This document shows, in pieces, positions 55,588 through 64,000 of a stretch of DNA of 64,000 bases. A program made the position numbers and the translations under genes. The notes beneath the pieces were generated by a model. The model was not told the DNA's origin. It made no database searches and saw only the letters and a list, made by a program, of their open reading frames with translations. Origin of the DNA: Octopus sinensis (taxonomy: Eukaryota); assembly GCF_006345805.1 (NCBI RefSeq), contig NC_043002.1:49228001-49292000 (forward strand), read 5' to 3'. The number at the start of each line of letters is the position of its first letter. Within the stretch, counting starts at the first letter, position 1.

Positions 55588-56059
55588 ATATATACATACA
55601 TACATATATATATATATATGTATATATATATATCACAGCTGCAACACTATAATTCACGGTGGTACTCCAGCATGACCGCAGCCGCATGGCTGAGACCAGT
55701 AAAAGAATCAAGTAATAAATCATTAGTGTTATTATTGGTTGTTTAAATGAGGGTCTTAACTCTTATTTCTAGCAAGCAGGCGCATTTCTGTGCCCTTATA
55801 ATTGATATGTGTATATGTGTGTGTGTATGTGTGTGTGTGTGTGTGTGTCCATACATATATGCATACATACATGCACGCGCATTGGCACACACATTCAGAC
55901 ACTCACACATATATACATACATATACAAGCGCATACACCTATGTGCATATACACTCGTATTTCTATACATATACACACACGCATGCATACGCATGAAATC
56001 ATAATCATAGGTAACCACGGACACGTATGCGTATTTATTTACACATACATATTGTGTGT

Positions 56060-56099
<40 letters not shown>

Positions 56100-56196
56100 A
56101 AATAGAAGGGACGTGCATAACTTTGATCATAGGTCTGTCTGCTCGATTACAGCCAACTAAGATTGAGCATCATTACAACCACCAGCAGCAGCAGCA

Positions 56197-56578
56197 GTGG
56201 AGGCGCAATGGCGCAGTGGTTAGGGCAGCGGACTCGCGGTCGGAGGATCACCGTTTCGATTCCCAGACCGGGCGTTGTGTGTGTTTATTGAACGAAATCA
56301 CCTAAAGCTTCACAAGTCCCCGGCAGGTGGTGGTGGCGACCCCTGTTGTACTCTTTCACCCCAACTCTCTCTCACTCTTTCTTCCTGTTTCTTGTCCCCG
56401 ACTTCCTACGCAACTCCTGAGCCTGGATACGCATTCATCCATCCGTCGATGCTTTCGGTGTCGGGAATTGACCTGCTATCTCTTCTGCGAGTCTTACGAA
56501 TAGCAAAGGACCACGTTTCGGACTTCTTCCATCTTGCGAGCTCTGAGACGAAGACCGTTCGCTCAACAGCAACAGCAA
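56197..56578 (+). mobile_element. tRNA-derived SINE with unusual tail and 14-bp TSD
   Basis: Head GGAGGCGCAATGGCGCAGTGGTTAGGGC..TTTCGATTCCC; TSD CAGCAGCAGCAGCA at 56183-56196 and 56579-56592. Confidence 0.85.
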
Positions 56579-56986
56579 CAGCAGCAGCAGCAACAACCGC
56601 AGCAGAAACAACGACCATAACAGCCGCAGCAACAGCCACAGTAGCTACAACAGCAATAACCAGTTTAATATTATTTGCCTTGTGCCCAAGCTGCCCCTAC
56701 ACGAGACATGGAACTTTCTCGAGAAGCGGGTCGCATGAAACATTACTGTCAGGTGGACCACTCTACTAAAAGAAAAACTGAAGTTAGTTCTTCCGTTAGT
56801 TTTACCTTAGTTTGCCATTCAGAATGTCCAGCACACCACATTTCGCCTCGGACTCCTCTATGCGATCCCTCGGCTCGCTAGAAATAGCAGCAAAATTAAT
56901 TAAGATCAAGCAAAGAATTCTATCTCAATTACAAGCTATCATACAGGGTAGTCTCAGCGGGAATGTCTTCCATTACGCATCTACAG

Positions 56987-57704
56987 CAGTGTCTCTCAAC
57001 CACAATATCTTATATGAACCTCATAAGAGTCCATATGAGATATTGTTCTTAACATTCTTGGCAATAAACTATACTTATATTGGGACAAATATTTTAACAA
57101 TTTCTTTTATACAAATTCCTAGTAATATTTAATTACAAAAATATAATAGAAATGTTTTCTATCATAAGTCTACAACAGTGTTTCTCAACCACAAAATCTT
57201 ATGTGATTCCTTGTAGGGTTCATATAAGATTTCATTGGGAAAGTTTATGTGCAAGAAATAAGTTATACTTCTACAATATACTAAGTATTTTAACAATTTC
57301 TTTTATACAATTCCTAATAATATTTAATTACAAAAATATAAAAGGGTAAAGTGCCCTACTTCGGTCATGAATGACCATGAGATTACACCTACAAAGTTCC
57401 TCTCCGAGGCACAAGTTCGGGCAAGATCGTTTTTGTGGAAGGCCAGGAGTCGCCCATGCATACCAGACGCCACTCTCCACGCCACTGTCGTTATCCAAGG
57501 GAAAGGGCAAAGGCCGATACAGCTTGACACCACTGATGTCGCAACTCACTTCTACAGCTGAGTGAACTGGATCAATGTGAAAAAAAAAACATAGTGTAAT
57601 ATAGGATTTTATTTAAACATCAACTTATGAGGGCTATGAGGGTTCAGTAGCGCAAAATAGAAATCAAAGGGGACCACAGGTAAAAAAATGTTTGAGAAAC
57701 ATTG
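56987..57704. mobile_element. hAT MITE with duplicated left end and a nested SINE
   Basis: Two diverged left ends CAGTGT.TCTCAACCACAA at 56987 and 57176, right end TTGAGAAACATTG at 57704, SINE at about 57325-57580 (-). Confidence 0.65.
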
Positions 57705-57737
57705 GTCCACGCAGTCAGCGTAGAGTTGGGTTCAAAC

Positions 57738-58074
57738 CAATGTTTTCCAACCTATTTTCGCCCAGGCCCACTATAACGTGCCAGAAAAATATATGTCCCA
57801 CCGGTGGTTGGAAAAAAAACAACAACTTTATCTGTAATATTTCATAATTATATACTTTCCTTCAAGAAATATCCACACTAGGGCATTAGTATACAGTAGC
57901 AAATAGTATTCACACAGTATACTTGGCTGGAGGGATTGGTTTGTCTAGGCTGAGTATAAAGATTTTTCACAATTACATGTTCTACTAAAAAAAATAAATG
58001 AAATAAATTTATATCTAAAGACCCATCACAATTTTCCCAGTCATCACCAGTAAGCCCCACATTGGGAATCACTG
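57738..58074. mobile_element. hAT MITE
   Basis: TIRs CAATGTTTTCCAA / TTGGGAATCACTG; 8-bp flanks GTTCAAAC and GTATAAAC match 6/8. Confidence 0.65.
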
Positions 58075-58099
58075 GTATAAACAATAGCACCAACGTAGT

Positions 58100-59268
58100 A
58101 GTTTTATAAGTAACTCTGTTGCACTAAGAGTTCAGACGTGTAATATGCGCTTACCGGATTTTCGTTTTCACGCAAGATGACCGAATGCCTCGAAACGAAA
58201 TTATGAACTGATATATCATCACTAGTGATCATAGTCTTCATAAATCTGGATCGTGGTTTCCACAGTCTAGCATGTCCTAAGCTATTTCCATGCGGAGTTG
58301 CTTCTGCTGCTTGTTTGTTTCTTTGTTTGTTTGTTGGGCGAAGCGGTTTTCGTCCGTAGTGGGAGAAGTCCGATACGTGGTCTTTTGCTATTCGTAAGAC
58401 CCGCAGAAGAGAAAGCAAGTCAACCCCCGACACCGAGAGCATTGATGGATTGATGAATGCGCATCCAGGCTCAGCGGTTGCGTAGGAAGTCGGGGACAAG
58501 AAACAGGAAGAAAGAGTGAGAGAAAGTTGGGGTGAAAGAGTACAACAGGGGTCGCTACTCCCCACCTGCTGGAGCTTCGTGGAGCTTTAGGTGTTTTCGC
58601 TCAATAAACACACCCGTCTGGGAATCGAAACCGCGATCCTCCGACCGTGAGTCCGCTGCCCTAACCATTGGGCCATTGCGCCTCCACTTGCTTCTGCTGC
58701 TCTGACAAGACCTTGGGAACGAATTTCGCCGACACTCTCTACTTGACAAATCCTTCGTTAAGATGGAATACACTGATCCTGTGCTTATTCCCACTTCATG
58801 AGCAATTTCCTGCATTATTACGCGAGGATCTTCCTTGATTATTTGCTGAACCTTTTCAATCGATTTCTTGTTTGTGGGTGGTCTTCCTGAGCGTGTCTTG
58901 CTCTCCACTGTAGCGTAGCCATGTTTGAAGCAGTTGTACTACCCTTCGATCTGAGTTTCGCTCATGGTATCATCGCCAAAATCCTTTTGATTCTCCTGGA
59001 TGGTTTGAGCTTGAGTATCACGAAAGTTTCGACGAAACTTGATGCAATATCTCTACTCGATACATTCTGCGAAAACGAAAATTCGACGTGCGCCCACTAC
59101 ACGTCCGTACTCTAGACGTGACAGCCGGGAACTCACGCGGCCTACTGGTGCAAAAATTTATCTGCACGTGCAGAAAGGGCAGCATCACCCCCATCCAAAG
59201 GATCTTGCTTACGCGGCTTTAGTTTTTGCTTGAAAAAATAACATCCGATACTTTTTGAATGCACCTCG
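58100..59268 (-). mobile_element. mariner relic (5' TIR, HTH, start of catalytic domain) interrupted by a SINE
   Basis: TIR CGAGGTGCATTCAAAAAGTATCGG; RSGRP..VQQIIKEDPR..EIAHEVGISTGSV; RVSAKFVPKVLSEQQKQ | LRMEIA*DMLD..MKTMITSDD resumes across the SINE. Confidence 0.85.
58312..58687 (-). mobile_element. tRNA-derived SINE, same subfamily as 56197-56578, 14-bp TSD
   Basis: TSD AGCAGCAGAAGCAA (element strand) at 58298-58311 and 58688-58701; removing the insertion rejoins the transposase coding sequence. Confidence 0.9.
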
Positions 59269-59284
59269 ATCCCACATATGCACA

Positions 59285-59331
<47 letters not shown>

Positions 59332-60661
59332 GGTGCAGGCATGATTTTGTGGTTAAGAAATTGGTTTCAAAACGACGTGCTTTTACTATAGTCGAGAGTC
59401 GACCAATGCCCTTTGGGGGAATTTGATAGACAGAAACTGTATGGAATCCCGATGTATTTATCTATATATAACTGTGCTTGTGTGTGTGTCTGTGTTTCTG
59501 TGTAAGTTTGTGTTTGTCCCCCACCACCGCTTGGCAACCGGTGTTGGTTTGTTTACGGTTCTGCAACTTTACCGGACGTTAACAAACCTACACCTGTTGT
59601 CAAAATGTGGTGATACAAACACCAAGACACGCACGCACACATAAACCGTTAGGATAAGATAATAAAGGATAACTGTTTCAAATTTGGGCACGAGACTTTC
59701 AATTTTAGAGTGAGGGGTTTAGTCGATCGTTTCGATCCTTCTACTACACAAGGATGGTGGATTTTTACCTCGGTATGATTTTAATTCTGAACGCAATGAG
59801 CAGCTAAATATCTTTTAACATTTTATTTGACGTTCTAACGTTTATGCCAGATTGCTGCTTCAAGATAATTCTTTCTTCTATAGCCACGATGCCGGAAATT
59901 TCGGAAGAAGGAGTAAATCGATTATATGGGCCCAGAGTTCAACCAGCACTTACTTTATCGAGTCCGAGGTATAAAAAGCAAAGTCGATCTCGGTGGAATC
60001 TGAACTCAACGTAAAGCAGGAAGGAATACCGCCCAGCATTTTCCCGTCGTGCTAATAGTTCTTTTCTATTCTAGGTACAAGGCCCGAAATTTGGCGGGAG
60101 GGGGCCAGTCAATTAGATCGATCTCAGTACACAACTGGTACTTAATTTATCGACCCCTAAAAGATGAAAGGTAAAGTCAACCTCGGCGGAGTTTGAATTC
60201 AGAACGAAAAGACAGACGAAATCCCTATTTCTTTACTACCCACAAGGGGCTAAACACAGAGAGGACAAACAAAGACAGACAAATGGATTAAGTCGATTAC
60301 ATCGATCCCAGTGCGTAACTGGTACTTAATTTATCGACCCCGAAAGGATGAAAAGCAAAGTCGACCTTGGCGGAATTTGAACTCAGAACGTAGCGGCAGA
60401 CGAAATACCGGTAAGCATTTCGCCCGGCGTGCTAACGCTTCTGCCAGCTCACCGCCTTAAGATGATAAAAACTGTTTTTTAATAGTTCCTTCTATAAGTG
60501 TGGGACTGAACCCGAAACCACTTGGTCGCAAGTCGAGCCTCTCATCCACATAGCCGTGCCTGTATATGTATATATTTAGTTTTGTTAATTGTAAGTTTCA
60601 TAATATTATTAAAGCTAACAGAACTTTTAGAAAATCGTATGTTCTGAGTTCAAATTGTGCC

Positions 60662-60761
60662 NNNNNNNNNNNNNNNNNNNNNNNNNNNNNNNNNNNNNNN
60701 NNNNNNNNNNNNNNNNNNNNNNNNNNNNNNNNNNNNNNNNNNNNNNNNNNNNNNNNNNNNN
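60662..60761. other. assembly gap (100 N)
   Basis: Run of N. Confidence 0.99.
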
Positions 60762-61359
60762 TTTATGTCTCTATTTTCTTTTTTTTTTCTGTTTGTCTAT
60801 TTCTTCTTTCTCAGAAACTCATTCATTCACCTTCACAGTCTCTCACAAACGCCCTTACTGTTTGACGCCACAGTGTCCAAACACACACAAACCACACACA
60901 AACACCACACACACACACGCACACACACACACACGCACAACTCATTCACACACACACAACACGCACAACTCATTCACACAACACACACGCACACACACAC
61001 ACACACACACCACACTCATTCACACACAACACAACACACACACTCATTCAACACCACACACACAGACTCATTCACACACACACACACACACAGACACGCA
61101 CACACACACACACACATCCACACTCACAAATCACATGCACACACAAACGCAAGCACTCCTTTCTCAAACGCTCCCTACGCATTTTCCTCCAACATCCTGC
61201 GCATACGTTCCATGTGCGTGTGTGCATGTGCATGTGTTTGTGCGTGCGAGTGTGCGGGTGTATGTGCACGTATGTATGCGTGTGTGTAAGCGTATGTGCG
61301 TATTATTCTCCAACTTTCACTTTCTCTCTCCCTTTCCATCTTTCCCTCTCTCTTTCTCT

Positions 61360-61850
61360 CTCGTCACCTTATACTTCACTATCAATGCTTTTCTCCCTTT
61401 CCTTTTCTTTCTTCCACTCTGTCTTCCTCCGTCTCCCCCTCTGTTTCTCCTTCTTCCTTTTTCTACTCTCTCTCTCTTCCTTGTTATCTTATACTTCACT
61501 CCTTTTCTCCCTCTCCCTTTCTCTTTCCCCCCTCTCTCCCTTTTTCTCTTTCCCTTGTCACCTTATACTTCTCTATCAATGCTTCTCTCCCTTTCCCTCT
61601 ATCTCTCCCTTTCCCCCTATCTCCCCCTCTGTCTCCTCCCCCTCTGTCTCCCTCTCCCCTCTCCCCTCTCTCTTTCTCTCTCCCCCCTCTCTCTCTTGTC
61701 ACCTTATACTTCTCTATCAATGCTTCTTTCCCTTTCCTTCTATTTCTCCCTTTCCCCCTATCTCTCCCCCTCTGTTTCCCTCTCTCTTCTCTCTTTCTCC
61801 CTCCCCTCTCTCTCTTGTCCCCTTATACTTCACTATCAATGCTCCCATCT
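61360..61850. repeat. degenerate minisatellite in a polypyrimidine tract
   Basis: Core TTGTCACCTTATACTTC(T/A)CTATCAATGCT recurs about five times (near 61361, 61481, 61555, 61697, 61816), separated by CT-rich spacers. Confidence 0.8.
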
Positions 61851-62356
61851 CTCTTTCCCTCCACCTTAGTCTCATTTACCTTTTCTATTCCTCTTTCACT
61901 TAATCTTTTTTTTCTAATTTTTTTCTTAGAAATAAACGTTTTTTCTTTTTTTTACTCTTTTTATTTGATAGATTACAATGAACATCAAACTTCAGAAGGT
62001 CTTCATCTAATATCACCCAACAAGCAATCAATCAAGCCGGCAATTAGCAATCAGGTATCTTTATATGTTTTAAAATATGCTGTTTAAATTAATTACCCAC
62101 ACTCTATCTGTTTTCTCTAAGACTGCAACGAATTACTGGAGAAATATTTAAATTCAAAACCTAGCAAATTGCACCATGTTGTCGGCCAAGAAAATGTAAA
62201 GATGCCCAACTGATTGGCGATATCTGTTAGACGAATGTCAAAAAATCTGATTAATTCTACAAGAGCAGTGATGTCTGCTGTTGATGAAACTCATGTTGGT
62301 GGTGTTAATGGTGGTTGGTGGTGGTGGTGGTGGTGATGGTGGTGATGGTGTTGATG

Positions 62357-62436
62357 TTGGTGGTGATAGTGTCAGTGGTGGTGATGGTGTCAGTGGTGGT
62401 GATGGTGTCAGTGGTGGTGATGGTGTCAGTGGTGGT
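62357..62436. repeat. 18-bp tandem repeat (GTGGTGGTGATGGTGTCA) x4 in a (GGT)n-rich tract
   Basis: Direct reading of the sequence. Confidence 0.85.
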
Positions 62437-63149
62437 CGTAGTAGTGATAATGGTGTAGATATTTGTAGGGATAGTAGTGGTAGTGAGGAAGAGGAAGATG
62501 GTGGTGGTGGTGGTGGTTGTACTAGGAGCAGTGTACAAGATGCTAAATGCTTTGACGTATTTTAGTTTCACCTCTCGGGGTTCTGGGATCAAGCCCTATC
62601 GAATTTGAGCCTCACGTTACATAAGTGTCGATGACATCAGTACCAGTAATAAACTGGGTTCTGTTTGTTATGAACTAGTTAGAAGAGGAAGAAACTGGTG
62701 CTGGCAGAGAAGGAGGAGAAAAACAAGACTTACGAATAAGTCTCAAACTACAAACTTGATCAGAATATTTTCTGGAAGATCGACTCTGCGAAAAGCACCA
62801 AAGAATTCAGTCGGATATCGTAAATTCTTTATCATTCAGCCCGGTAAAGAGTTCGTAGCCAAAGACTTCCTAGCCGCTAGATGAAGCCTTGCTCTTTCTC
62901 TAGAATCTTGACTGCTTCTTCCATGGAGATTAAGTCTAACGTTCGAGAACAAGAAGAGTCAAACAGACAGACTTCTACACATTTTTCATTAACCGAATTT
63001 CCCTTCCGTGACTTAGGTTGATTCGTGGTTTAAGGTGCACGCATTGCAATGGAACAGTGAGCTACGTAACTCTGCGAAGAAATTCTAACTCATTGAGCCT
63101 TGCTTATACTCCCATTCTAGAATATAATATGAACAAAAGAAAATTTGAT

Positions 63150-63750
63150 TCTCTTTGATGTAGATCTTGCAAGATCTCTCCACTTAATTGCTTTACTGTT
63201 CTTCCATGTAGATCCTTCCTTATCCAGCTCATTCGTTGTTTCATTATTACTCAATGTAGATGCATTATTTCTTCCTTGAATGGAGATCATTCATTTCTAT
63301 AAATGTGACATCCTTCAAAATAGCTGCAATATTTTTCGTTGGTCCTTCGTACATCCATTGATCATTTTCTATACTTCCTTCATAATTTATCTCAGTATGT
63401 CATTGCCCCTAAATATAGCTGCTTCATTATCCTTCTGTATAGATCCTTCATCATTCATCCATGTAAATGTATCATTATCCATCAATGTCGCTGGACTATT
63501 TTTCCTTGCATCTAGATCTTTCATCATTCATCCCACCATATGTGACATAGTCCTTGAATGTAGCTATTTCATAACCCTTCCATGCAGATACTAAATCATT
63601 TATTTCAACTAGTTTGACATAGTCTCTTAATGTAGTTGCTTCATACTCCTTCCATGTAGATACTTCATATGTACATCCTTCGTCAGTTACCTCAGTTAAA
63701 GATTTCACTGCTTCCCAATTTAGATGAAACATTACTCTCTCTAAGAACAC
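63150..63750 (-). pseudogene. decayed coding-like repeat region (xxEGSTWK units), unassigned
   Basis: Minus-strand fragments STWKEYEATTLRDYV, SAWKGYEIATFKDYV, MNDEGSIQKDNEAAIF and KEGSTWKN lie in shifting frames. Confidence 0.35.
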
Positions 63751-64000
63751 GATTGCCTCTTTTATTGTTTTATTGTTTCCAGCTGTAAGTGGTTGTTTGT
63801 GATAAATATTTATGTAAAGGAGGCTGGTGTTTCGTAAAAATTAGGCTTCGGATCAAACCGAAGCTATATCTTTTAAAAACACAATTATAACAATTCAATG
63901 GATTTTGATTTTAAAGTTTCAAGGGCTAGACTGCTTAAAACGAAGGTGACCAGTGCAGAGACATTAATATATCATCACCGAAGCAGATTTGTGATGCAGC

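Noticed and set aside
61360-61850. CRISPR-like repeat-spacer array
   Set aside because: The context is eukaryotic, the spacers are low-complexity and of very unequal length, the repeats are non-palindromic, and there are no cas genes.
62640-63000. Exon or transposon ORF
   Set aside because: The frames examined contain multiple stops and no recognisable domain.

Overview
AT-rich eukaryotic intergenic or intronic DNA, almost certainly from an octopus (cephalopod), judged from the repeat families present. It is dense in (TA)n, (TG)n, (TATG)n, (TATC)n and (AAT)n microsatellites and in tRNA-derived SINEs: a CORE-like family, a dimeric Nin-like family resembling the octopus Twin SINE, and modular families with exchangeable tails. 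Decayed CR1, RTE, R4/Dong and Tx1 LINE fragments, mariner and maT transposase relics, hAT MITEs and Helitron/HINE-like elements are also present. No host protein-coding gene can be supported; there is one candidate 16-nt micro-exon. Most listed ORFs are microsatellite read-through. The most notable signal is a Penelope-like element (PLE) system: two GIY-YIG PLE relics, a series of type-I hammerhead-ribozyme motifs, five divergent inverted duplications (foldbacks), and a tRNA-headed SINE carrying a hammerhead and a PLE-type tail. Also notable are a young Tx1 LINE embedded in (TATC)n and a SINE pair with (CAG)n-like 14-bp TSDs and a codon-like divergence pattern. All calls come from reading the sequence by eye with no database search, family names are from recall, and boundaries of decayed elements are approximate.
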